Assembly: GCA_028534125.1 (NCBI GenBank)
Contig: CM052817.1
Location: 57,972,001-58,036,000, forward strand
Direction: 5' to 3'
Source: Lama glama
Lineage: Eukaryota
Length of the DNA stretch: 64,000 nt
The translations under genes and the position numbers were made by a program. Under the pieces are notes generated by a model, which saw only the letters and a list, made by a program, of their open reading frames with translations, was not told where the DNA came from and ran no database searches. Below, piece after piece: positions 52,610 through 64,000 of this stretch (positions are counted from its first letter, which is position 1; every line of letters begins with the position of its first letter).

Positions 52610-52760
52610 GGTGCAAGCTATGAAATTGAGGAACCTGGGTCTGAATCCTGGCTCTGCCACTGATCAGTTGCATGGCATTTTGCATTTTATGTTACATATC
52701 CTCTCTAGGTCTCAATGTGTTTATCTTTAACAGTAGGATAATATATTATTGTGTAAGTTA
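52610..52760 (+). mobile_element. MIR
   Basis: CCTGGGTCTGAATCCTGGCTCTGCCACTGA...CCTCTCTAGGTCTCAATG. Confidence 0.75.
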
Positions 52761-53018
52761 AATATAGCAAGTATAGACTTTTCCATACCTCTCCCTTCCT
52801 CATTCTCAGTATAGGTTATGCAGTTTGCAAAATTTAGCTCATATTCTGCCTATTGACATTACTCTTCAAACTCATCATAAACACTTCTGAGATGAAGTGT
52901 GGAATTCTCAATGTTATAAAGAAAATTAAGGAGGGGAAAATACTGCATTGGTTGAACCATCCATGACTTGCTCACTCTTCAGTGGAAGACAACAAGATTT
53001 TCAAATAAAAATATATTA

Positions 53019-53190
53019 TAAACTTTTTTTTTCTGAAAAGGGCCAGATAGTAAATATTTTAGGCTCTGCTAGCCATGTGGTCACTGCCTGAACTATTTAA
53101 CTCTGCCATTTTAGTTTAAAACTATAATATATAAATGAATGGACATGACTGTGTTCCAATAAAACTTTATTTGCAAATACATAGCTGATC
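53019..53190 (+). mobile_element. MER58A-like hAT-Charlie element
   Basis: AAAGGGCCAGATAGTAAATATTTTAGGCT...ACTCTGCCATT...TGTGTTCCAATAAAACTTTATTT. Confidence 0.85.
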
Positions 53191-53369
53191 TGTGATCTAT
53201 TTATTAAGTGTATTGAAAATAAGATAAAATGTTGGTTATATTAGCTTGTTTTTCTATCAATGAAAATCTTCAATACAATATGTAAGCATATGGCCACAGA
53301 GTTTTCCTGTTACTAGTTTTTACTAAGCTGATGTAAATACTGAACATTTGAGAGTTAAGTATGTTCTAG

Positions 53370-54055
53370 AGAGTGTCTACATTCATTTTTACTTTTGCAT
53401 GTGTATGTCCAGTTACTCCAGCATCCCTTGTTAAACACTATCTGTTTTCTATAGTATTGACTTTCTCCTTGGTCAAAGATCAGTTAACTAAATTTCTGTG
53501 GATTTGTTTCTTGGCTCTCTATTCTGTTCCACTGATCTATCTGCCTATTCTTTCACCAAGACCACACTAGTTTTATACTAAGTCTTGAATACTGTAGTTT
53601 TATAGTAAGCCTTGAAGTATGGTAGTATCAGTACTCCAGATTTGTTTTTCTTCTTCAATATTAAATGGCTTTTGTTGGGGGACCTTTTACATTTCCATAT
53701 AAACTTTGGATTCAGTTTATCAATATCCACAAAATAACTTGCTGGGATTTTAATTGGGATTGTATTGAACCTATAGATCAATTTGGTAAGAACTGCCATT
53801 TTAACAATATTGAGTCTTTCCGTCCATGAATATGGAACATCTCTGTATTTACTTAGTCCCTTCTGATGTATTTCATCAGAGTTTTACAATTTTCCTCATA
53901 TAGATCTTATACATATTTTGCTAGATTTATACCTAAATATTTCAATTTTTGGTGCTAGTATAAATGATACTGTGTTTTTAATCTCAAATTCCACATTTTC
54001 ATTGCTAGTATATAAGAAAATGATTGACTTTTAACCTTGTATACTGCAACCTTGG
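53370..54055 (-). mobile_element. L1 ORF2 fragment (L1MC-like)
   Basis: ORF 53578-53799 [27 protein letters not shown]...LP.FKAYYK is L1 ORF2p. Confidence 0.92.
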
Positions 54056-54059
54056 TTCT

Positions 54060-54993
54060 GATGCTAGCTCAGTTTATTCAAACAGTTTTTTGCCTTATCA
54101 TATGACCTGTAATCTTTTTCTTGATAGCCTGACACGATATACTGGGTAAAGAGAATGGCAGTAAATAGGCTTTAGTGATTTGATGGTAAGGTATAGGGGA
54201 GAGGAAGAATTCTACAAGTCCTGTGATTAGTTTGCAGTCTTCTGGTTAGCCTGTACCCCTGGTCTGTGAACCTGGTCTGTGAACAAGTGCTTCTTGTTTA
54301 GGTTGTTCTGTTTTGTTTGTTTTGTTTTGTTTTTTGCTGCCTTACGTGGGACAGGAAGACTAGAAGTGGCTGAAACTGGGTATTTCCCTTTCCCCATTGG
54401 AAAGCTGAAGAGGGCTCGAGTTGGGTATTTCTCTTACTCTAGGTCAGTTGGTTTCTGATGAAATTCCAATAGGTTAGGCTCTGGTAAAATAGTTTTCTGT
54501 GGGCTGGTCTTGCTAAGAAGAACACCATGCTCTGGTGTATTTCAAAATTGTTTCTTTTACCTTTCTCCTGCGAGAAACGTGAGGGAATTTTTCCCCACTC
54601 ATCACTGTGAGAATCAAGGAGAGTTCCTGGAACTAAGTTTACAAACGTGTGAGGACTCTCCTATGACTAGGTCCCCGTGGTGTTTTTAATCCATAGACTT
54701 GTCTAATCTGAGCCCCCAACAATTCATCAACTACAGTTTAGATTTTCCTACCCCAGAATTGGTTCCTGCAAAGGTTTTCACTTGGATGTTTCTTCTCCAA
54801 TAAGTTCTGCTTTTCTGTATCCAGCCTGTCTGTCTCTCCAATTTCGAAGGCAGCAGTTTGCCCTGAGACCTCATTTCTCTGACAGATCTAAGCAGAGATG
54901 TTGACTTGTCAGTTTGTTCAGCTTTTTACTTGTTGTTGGGACACAGTGACAACTTCCAAGCTCCTTACATGGGAAAATGAAAAACCAGAAGTC
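54060..54993 (-). mobile_element. L1 5' end (L1MC/L1M4-like 5' UTR)
   Basis: Minus strand begins GACTTCTGG...CATGTAAGGAGCTTGGAAGT...ACAAGTAAAAAGCTGAACAAACTGA. Confidence 0.75.
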
Positions 54994-55434
54994 TAAAAGT
55001 AGTTTTAACCCTCCAACCAGGTTTATTATAACAAAAATTTATAGTAAAAAAATCTGAAAATAAATTTTTAAAACCAAATGGCTCATGGCCACCCCAATTC
55101 CAAACTCTTGAGATTTCATCTTCAGTTGAATGGCATCTGCATTTTCTAATTTGCTTTTATCAGGTTAATTGTATAAATCAGTCAGTATGCTATCTGCCAA
55201 CATGAAAGTCTAAAATGTTATCTCCCTAGTGATTATTTAGTTGGTTTTTCTTTAACCAAATAATTACTCAAATATACAATTAAATTGATTCCAGAGCATA
55301 TTAGTTAAAATAATTTCAAATTTCTTAAGACTACATGACTATAATTTCTAAGACTTTTATTTTCAACAATTTAACAAATATTTTTACTTCATGCTCAAAT
55401 TCCAGTTAAATGTGCTAAACATCAAGCAATCATT

Positions 55435-55463
55435 TGTGTATGTGTGTGTGTGTGTGTGTGTGT
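55435..55463. repeat. (TG)n microsatellite
   Basis: Directly visible. Confidence 0.9.
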
Positions 55464-57729
55464 ATAAATTTAAAACCATAGAAGAATAAAATTAAAAAGT
55501 ATTTATTAGGACATGTCCCTGAATTAAATACTACAATAAACAATAATTTACATAATTAATTTATATCCAACTTAAAAAAAGGAGCCTTATGAATTACACA
55601 AAATAAAATTTAGAAACTCAAAGTAACCTGTACACAGAGAGTGTATGTTTTACTGTTTCCCTTTCCCTTAACCTCCATATAGTGAGTAATGAAAAAAGTG
55701 CTGGAAGGAGACAGAAAATGTAAGGACATTTCCTCCTGTTTTATTCAAAGGGAAACAAGACTGTCTTCTACTCTCATTCATATGTAGTTATGCACATGAA
55801 TACATATGGCCAATAAAGCAGCAGTGTTTTCCCTTTTCTATCATTGTTTATTATTAAATACTTAGTCTTCATTGAAAGACACTCTTTTGTGTTTAAGAGG
55901 GTTGGGTCAAGTGGGTTTAGGTATTTTCAGTAACAGTTTTCAACACCACACAGTTCTTTGAAGGGAAGAATGCACGTGACTGGTAGTACAAGCATGAAGC
56001 ACATAAAGAAGAGAATACATGTCATCATCATCATGAAAAACCTCTTTGAATGGCAGTGACGAGTCTATAAAATGTGAGCAAACCAGACAGAGTTCCTATT
56101 CTCTTGTAACATAGCAGTAAAAAGCAGAGGTTGTGCTTTAAAACACCATTGATGGGTGATTCAGAATTCTTAATGAACATTCAAGTATGTCTGATAGCTC
56201 TTAGTGGTTGGTATGAAATAATGAGAAAGCTGTGATTTCATTATCCCAGGAAAATTCTGTTTAAATTAAGTAGAACATTGTGTTTTGCTTTATACTTTAC
56301 TCAACCATTTTCAGCTTCTGAAGAGTGTGGAGAAGGGGAGGATGGTAAAAGAGAGATAAAAATACATTGGTCTATTTGTCTCCATCTCATTGGTCCTTCA
56401 GGGTGTTCATAATAATGCATTTATATCTTTGTCCTTGGCTTCATATGCACCCACAGAAGCACTAAGTCTGTCTAGTAACCTTAATTAGGGGCACTTCAAA
56501 AATAATCCCCATCTTAACATCCATCCAACTCTGCTAAGAATGCAAACAAAAAATTTACCTAAAAACATACTTCTATATATGAAAACAGAAACAGTTTGTA
56601 AAGGGAAAGCTGAAAACCCCTTATTTCTCAATAAAAGGAAATTTTATATGAGGTGTATTAGGCAGAAGTTTTGACATACTTGGAATGATTTAGAAAATTA
56701 CAGCATGGAATGGTTTCAGGTTAAGTTGAATACAGAAGGAAGCAAATAAAAATGTACCAAAAATATTGTTTGTTTTTGGAAAAGGCAAAAAAGAAATATA
56801 AAATACTACAAACAAATATAAATTAAAATCAAGTCTTTAACATATTCAGATTTACAATTTTAAGTAAGAAAAAAATGAAAATATTGCTACTAGAAGTATT
56901 GAAAGATAAATAGATATATAGCTAGGTGGATAGATAGGCAGACATGCAATGAAAAAAGGAGAACAATTTACAGGTTGGAGTCTAAACAACATATCATTTC
57001 TTTTTGATGACCTACACATATGTTGATACTAGGTTTCCAAGAAGAAAAGTAATTATTAGTTTGTAATATTTATAAAGTGATAAGAGTATAACCACCTTAC
57101 TGGAATTAAAGTCTCTGCCTCTCTGTTTGATTTGAAATAACAGACAGATTACTAAGACTTTTTGCCATATGATTTCTTTATTATGAAAGTTGATAATGTT
57201 GACTTTCTTACAGAAATTGTAAAAATTAATTAGATAATAATTCTGGTTGAGATAGATGTCCCAAAATTGCCATATTATTTACCATATGGAGCAAAATGCT
57301 GGTCCTATAAAGCAAAATCACCTTCATTCAACTAAATGGAAGTCAACTGACCTGTTATCTAAAAATTTCCCCCAATTTCATACAAAGGTGAGATTTTTAT
57401 ATTTAAGAGAAATTTCCTATATATTTTATTTTCTTAAACTATAAATTAGAACCAAAGCACATGAAAGTTTATTATTAAATGACTAATAATCACAAGCCTT
57501 CAGCTAAGCATTCCTTATCACTAAAAGACCTTATTACATTACTTGTAATCTTGTAAGTGCCTGATTGCTCTAACACTGTTTAATACCCTACTGCCAGTGG
57601 TGATTGACAAGTAAATGATCACAGTGTCATTATTTTATTTTGAATAAATAAACAAGTAATGATAAAACTGCTAACACCTACCTACCTAATAGCAAACACT
57701 CTCAAAATGATGGATATTATACTTGCAAG

Positions 57730-58420
57730 ACACTGTTCTGAGTAGAACATTAAATTCTAATAATGATTTACATCTGTTCTCTTATTGAATCTTTCAACAA
57801 ACCTATATGGGGAGTTTTTTATTATTACCATTTGATAGAGGAGTAAAGTAAGACATAGAAAGATTAAGTAACTTGACCAATATATTAGCCAAGGTTATCC
57901 AGGGAAACGGAACCAATAGAAGAGATAAATATATGGAGATCTGTTATGAGGAATTGGCTCACACAATTAAGGAAGCTGGTAAGTCCCAAGATCTGCTGTC
58001 CACAAGCTGGAGGCCTAGGAAATGTGGTGGTTTAATTTGGCGTAAATCCAAAGTCCTGGGAACCAGGGGAGCCAATGTTGTGTAAGTCCCAGTCCAAGGG
58101 CAAAAGAAGATGCGATGAGATGTTCTAGCTCATGCACTGAAGCAGAAAAACAAGGGGCAAATTTCTCCTTCTTTCACTTTTTGTTTATTCAGGCGCTCAA
58201 CAGATTGGATGATGCCCACCTACATTGGGGACGGCAATTTACTGAGTCCACTGATCCACATGCTAGTCTCATTCAGAAACACCCTCACAGAAACACCCAG
58301 AAGTAATGTTTACCTGAGTACCCCATGGTCCATCAAGTCAACACATCAAATCACTCATTACAACCAAAGTTCCCTAAGTAACTGGCTTTACAGAGCATGG
58401 GCTCTTAACCATCATGTTCA
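57730..58420 (-). mobile_element. MIR split by an MLT2 LTR
   Basis: AGATTAAGTAACTTGACCAA | insertion | AGTTCC...GCTCTTAACCATCATG. Confidence 0.7.
57881..58362 (-). mobile_element. ERVL solo LTR (MLT2-like)
   Basis: GAGGAATTGGCTCACACAATT...AAGTCCCAAGATCTGC...CAAGTCAACACATCAAAT. Perfect 5-bp TSD ACCAA at 57876-57880 and 58363-58367. Confidence 0.92.
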
Positions 58421-59171
58421 ACTGTCATTGCATAGACAACATATAGCTTGATGCCTTATTAACACAATCTGTTAAATTCTAAGATTTAGCAGATGATGAA
58501 TATGCAAATTTGGAAACACATCTATAATTCATGAACTATGTAATATTTTCAGAAATATCAGGCTCAGTTTGATATTCATTAAATATTCTCAAAATGTTAT
58601 CAAATATTTTATTAAATATTCACTAACAACAACTCAAATTATTTTTAAATCTGTAAGAGAATTGCAATGTACTAAGAGTTTAGGAAGGTTTGAATAACAT
58701 TTTTATGATAATATAACCTTCATAACTGAATTAAAATACTAGAAGCAAAACCATTTTTTCTAAACCATTTTTGGGTAGATTTCTGTGTAGGACACATTTG
58801 AAACATGACTGTAGAACTTAATGTCCCTCCTCCAAACTGCCTTTTTGTGGGAATTCCCTTTTTGTCCCCTTCTTCTGGACTCTAGGACTCTGGGGAATGA
58901 ACAGTTTGAAAACCTAATCTTAGACTACACTAATCATTTTAGAATTGATAAATAATACCTTGAACATGGTAAGATGTAAATCTATTTTATAGGTAAATCA
59001 AATAGCAATTATATAGCCATATAAGATGATACAAAAATATTTGCTTTAAAATTGCAAATATCATTTTATTATTCTGAGAAAATGATTTTGTACTGTGTTT
59101 GTTACTGACAACTTTATATACTACTTTGGTCAGTTTTCACATACTGTAACATTTCAGTTTTTATGTGGTGG

Positions 59172-59825
59172 TGAGACAGGAAGGAAGAGGAGACGGCACA
59201 ACTTAATGGTTAACACAGCAATCAGCACCAAGATGGTGGAAAATTCAACTCCCAGTAGACCTTGAGGCCCAAGATGGCAGGAGATTCGACCTACAGTAGA
59301 CCTTGAGCTTCATTATATGCTCAATGTAATATATTAACATGGTGGCATTCCCACAGACACCATGACAGTTCTGAGGCTGATCATAAAAGGTCAAAAAGTG
59401 GGCAGTGGCCCAATTCCTGGGAATTCCAGCCCCTTCCCCAAAGTAGTTGGAATAATCTTCCCCCTTGTTAGCATATGAAACTACCAAGACCATAAAAACT
59501 AGCAACACCACACCTCACAGCCTCTGGTTCCCTTGCCTTCTGAGATGGCCTGCACTCTGTGTATGGTGTGTGTATCTATTTTCACTTTAAACTAAGCAAC
59601 CAACCCCACATCTTGTGGCCTTTCTCTTGCCTTCTGAGATGGTCTATACTCTGTCTATGGAGTGTATATCTCTCTGAATAAATCTACCTTTAATCAACTA
59701 TGGCTTGCTCTTAAATTCTTTCCTGTGCAAAGCTAAGGACCCTCCCTTGGTGGGGAGTGTCCCAGGGAACTTGTCTGAGACTTAGGACATGGCCATTGTC
59801 TTGTGCCTCATTTTTTCCTGTGTCA
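59172..59825 (+). mobile_element. intact solo ERV1 LTR, MER41-like
   Basis: Inverted termini TGAGACAGGAA / TTCCTGTGTCA, 4-bp TSD GTGG, and AATAAA near 59677. CCATGACAGTT..GAGGCTGA.CATAAAAGGTCAAAAAGTGGG and AAATTCTTTCCTG are MER41-type motifs. Confidence 0.85.
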
Positions 59826-60614
59826 GTGGTTTTATTATATCTTTTCTTTTGCCCATATTTTTTTTCTTTTCTTTGTTAATATTCATGAAATAAGAATAGT
59901 GCACCCCCAAATTTTTTCCTTAACACAATTATCTGACTGACTATGGAAGAAAAATACATTTAAGTGTTGAATTAACTCATCTTTCCTTCCTAGCAGTCTG
60001 GTTGGAGTGAGGCACCTCTATCGCCAAAACAACCCTACAAAAGTGTATTGAATATCTGCTCTGGACCAGGAACTGGAGCTTTCAAGCAAATGCCTTACGA
60101 TCTGTTTTTAGCAAGTTTCAGATTGGCATAGAAGTTCTAGGTTTTGCAGCTACTTCAGAGAGTTAGAGATAAGTTAACAAGAGGTAGACTTACATGTAGT
60201 GAAGATATGTGGGAACAGAGACGAATTCCTGAATTGGGTTATAAGTGGTGAATATGGGCAGACAAGTGTTTATAGGTGGGGGAACAGAAATGAGTGGCAC
60301 TTTGTTATACAATTAAAATATTAAGAACATACCTATTATAATACAGCTATTAAGCAGCTACTAAGTGCTCTTTTTTCTAGTAGGCACTATGAGATACCAA
60401 GTGCATACAATTTTGTTTGTGAAATGGTTTCCTTGGATACATGCAATCTTGACAACTGATTTGAATTTAAATTCATGAGCACCATCTAATGGTATTTCCC
60501 TAATAAATCTACTTTCCTAATCTCTATCCAGTTACTAGGTTCTTTATAATCCAGTGCTTATGGAAACTGTCACTTAAATTTCTGCATGGCAACCTCATTA
60601 TAGGAAACAGCCCA

Positions 60615-60770
60615 GCCTTGTAGTCAGACAATGTGATCTCAAACCTGGCTTCCCCATTTCTTAGCTCTGTGACCTCAAGTAAGTTAAATAACCCTTATCT
60701 CAAAAAATACAGCGAATAATAGGTACCCCATCTGGTTGCTATCAGAATTAATAGGAGTACACACATAGTG
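60615..60770 (+). mobile_element. MIR
   Basis: CAAACCTGGCTTCCCCATTTCTTAGCTCTGTGACCTCAAGTAAGTTAAATAACC. Confidence 0.75.
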
Positions 60771-63019
60771 AGCCCAAAAAGTGTCAGAGAGAAAAAGCGT
60801 CCAGGACAGGAGACAGTATTCAAGAATTCTACTACCTTGGTAAAAATCAGTAAAGCCTACCTAAATATTTCAACATGGAATTCAAGGTGTATTGATGGAG
60901 ATTTTATATATTTTGAAATAAATATTTTCTTGGAGCAGAGGTCCAAGAAATAAAAGCTGTGAGAAAAATCCAGAGGAAGATTCAGGGCAGTTAGAAAGCA
61001 GTCAGCTTTCTATTTTGGGATCTGCGAGAGATGGACATTACAGTCTCTTGCACATTGTGCTTTTCACTGAAGAAATTCTTAGCATAAAAATTGTTAGGAT
61101 TAAGGCGGCTATAGTGCTTCCCTTAGGTTGTTCTGGCAGAACTGTTTTGAGTGGACTCGGAGGCCCCAAATTCTAAGAAGATTAAGTCAGTGGAAATAGG
61201 CCTGATAGGGCACTGGTTATCTCTTTGTATCCAGTGTGAGAAGCCTTATTCACAGTAATGCAATTTCTGATGACGTTTATTTTTTCCAGTTTTACTTTAA
61301 ATTGATTTAGGTAACAAGGTGATAATTCCGGGCATGAGCTGAGAGATTTTCATATCCAGCAAGAAAAAATGTAAAAGCTTAGCTACAGCTGATGTTTGGC
61401 TTGGGCATTTAGGGAAAATCTTGACACATTAGTTCTGAGGATGACTTCCCCCCCAAAACAGCCAGCATCTGTGTGATCAAATTTGAATGCAAGCGACTGT
61501 AAAATTTAGAAAGGTCCTTTAACACCAGCTTCTCCCGGGGTAGAACCTGTTTGAAATCAAGAGAAATCGTGATTTTCCTCACCTTCCCTAAGTCTTCCTC
61601 AAGAGAAAGGGCATTGTTTAACTCTTTATTTCTGCTGTTGTTTCTGCTCAGAAGTCTGACTGCCTGCTGTCTTCCTAATAAACAAAGGGGAATTATATTG
61701 ACCTATTCATTTTCGAAGAGACTTAAAAAGGCATTTAAAAAATCAATTCTCATAGTGTCCAATTTGAGTCTCTCAGTCACTCTTTTTCCTGAGAAAAACC
61801 TGAAAGCAATATTCACATGAAACATATTCACTCAAAATGCAGACAGCAGTGCTTTACCCACTGATATTTACCAGGTTAGTAGGATTCTTCAATACTCTTT
61901 CCCATGCCGTATGTTTTCATTACTATCCTTCTTCTCCATTTCCCTTTTTTGTTTCAATGTTTTAAATTTTATAATGGTTTAGACTTACTTTTATATATGT
62001 CATCTTAAATTCTTTGGAGAGAAGCTAATTCAAAACCTCATCAAAATATTAAAATGCTTACAGAGGTAGTCACAGAGGCAAAGGAATAACTTGCTCAAAT
62101 ATTATCGTTTCTTTTAATCAATGTTTTCCTTTCAATGATAACGACATTTTTTGACAGTCAAGGTCTGTCATTGTAAGCACCTAAGAGTAAAGTCTTTATT
62201 GTTAAATTTTATTTCTCTTTGATGTGCAATGCATTATGTGAGGAAAACAATGGCTTTTCTTTTTCATTACCTTTCTAGTTTAGAATATAGGCCATTCACC
62301 TCAAGGCAACTGTATGATGAAAGATAGTTAATCGCTTATTAAAGACTCATTTCAAATTCTAATTCCTCTATGTTTCAACAAAAATACATCATATTCTTAA
62401 ATTTCCTCACTTATTACTTAGTATGAAATCTTAAACAAGGAAATAATTGTACAAAGAAGTTGTATCATTAGCTCATTTTAAAATGCAATTTTATTTTGGA
62501 AGCTACTGATAATTTAAACAGCAAATGGCCTCATCTGCTTACCTAGCTATATCTCATTTTTCTAAAATTTATTTTTCCACTTTATATTTTTATTTTACCA
62601 AAACAAGACCCCTAAGAAGCCATCAAACTTTGTACTACAATTCTTATCTGTAAAGAGAGAAATTATATTCAGAAAAGCATGAATAATTTTACTGTTATAA
62701 CATATGTGAAGAGTGACTACTATATTATTGAAAGAACCAATTACATATCACTCACCTCCTTCTAGCTACAATTTACCTTTCAAAAAGTGATGACTTACTG
62801 TCTTCTAGAAATAGAAAAGGAGAAATGCCAAAAGATAGTGCTAGATTATGTCATCTTTTCATTTCTAATAACAAATAAATTGGAGTTAAAAGTGATTTTT
62901 TTCATCATGACATAACATTAGAAAGTCTGGCAATGTTGGATTAAATTCATTTTAAATACAATTAGAAAGAAAATGTAAATGGAAGGAAATTGTTCAGGTT
63001 AACACCCAGGGTTGAGGTT

Positions 63020-63190
63020 AGGTAGTGATGTAGAAAAACAATTGAGCATCAAAAGAGGAAAACTCCAGTTGGGATCAATGGCCCTGATTCTGCTTAACAG
63101 ACATGTGTACCTTTGTAAAATTATTTTATCCCTATGAGCCTCTAGTTTCCCCATCTGTAAACCTCTATCAGAGTTGTTTTGGGATAAATA
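63020..63190 (+). mobile_element. MIR
   Basis: CCCTGATTCTGC...CCCTATGAGCCTCTAGTTTCCCCATCTGTAAA. Confidence 0.7.
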
Positions 63191-64000
63191 CTTTTTTTTT
63201 AAGTAAAAATTAAAAGCCTTGAAAATTATAACACCTAAAGAAATTAAAATGACTAATTTATTTATATCATGATAATGTTTTCCTTTTACCTGTGTATTTT
63301 TATAAGTAAAGTTGAAATTTTAATACTGTAGTTAAGTTAACAGGTACAATTTTCTCAGAACAATTGACTAGCTCATATCATTATGTTGCTTTATCTGCTG
63401 CCTTTCTGGAATTTTCCTTTACAAAATTTAATTCCATTACAGCTCTCTAATATTGCTACTCTATTATCATAATCTTCATTAGCACATAATTGCCCTTCCT
63501 TCTCCATACTTCTTTTTGCTGGAGACTAATGTAAAATTGCAGTTCATTAATTATGCCATTATAAAACATTCTTGTTAATTTGATTACTTCATGCATTTAT
63601 CTTTGAACCTCCCCTTTCCTGATTTTCTTCCCTGCTCTAGTTATGTTTATTTCTTATTGCATTCATCTTTTTATGGTATAATTTTTTACACAGCTGAAAG
63701 CAATTTATTTTTAAAAGACCTGGATTTATCTGTACCTGAATGGATCATAAAAATCTTATATGCTATAGTTTTTCAGATCAGGAATAATCATATTAAATAG
63801 CATTCATAACATTCCAAAGGGGATTTAGGACTGAGTCAAAGGAAGATTTCAGGATATGACATGTACCCAAAATTCAGATTGGAACTGAAACAGTATGTTG
63901 ACAAAACAGCAGAGAGAAACATCATAGAGAGGGGGAAAAAAATCCAACAATCAATAAATTGCCTATTCAGAGTCCTGAAGATTTTACAGTTAGAATATTA

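Noticed and set aside
52113..52685. Longest ORF in the track (190 aa, minus strand)
   Set aside because: Begins in an antisense MIR (SGRARIQTQV is MIR-derived) and has no recognisable domain or splice context.

Overview
AT-rich, CpG-poor mammalian genomic DNA. It is most likely camelid, judged from a tRNA-derived SINE of the Vicugna/Camelus type at 588-724 and cetartiodactyl-style L1 3' ends. Much of the window is interspersed repeat: L1, L2, MIR, MaLR/ERVL/ERV1 solo LTRs, hAT DNA transposons and microsatellites. I cannot confidently name any protein-coding gene. The only ORF-track entries I recognise are decayed L1 ORF2 pieces. The best non-repeat candidates are: (i) a small CpG cluster at about 6.8-7.1 kb with an RFX-like box, a strong-Kozak ATG and a splice donor, suggesting a minus-strand first coding exon; (ii) exon-like, apparently non-coding minus-strand segments at 11.4, 21.7-21.9 and 22.6-22.8 kb; (iii) motif-dense enhancer candidates, a CTCF-like site and a MER41-like solo LTR with STAT/NF-kB-type motifs. 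No prokaryote-type system (operon, CRISPR, rRNA) is present, and I found no evidence of a clearly novel biological system. Repeat family names come from remembered consensus sequences and need Dfam/RepeatMasker confirmation.
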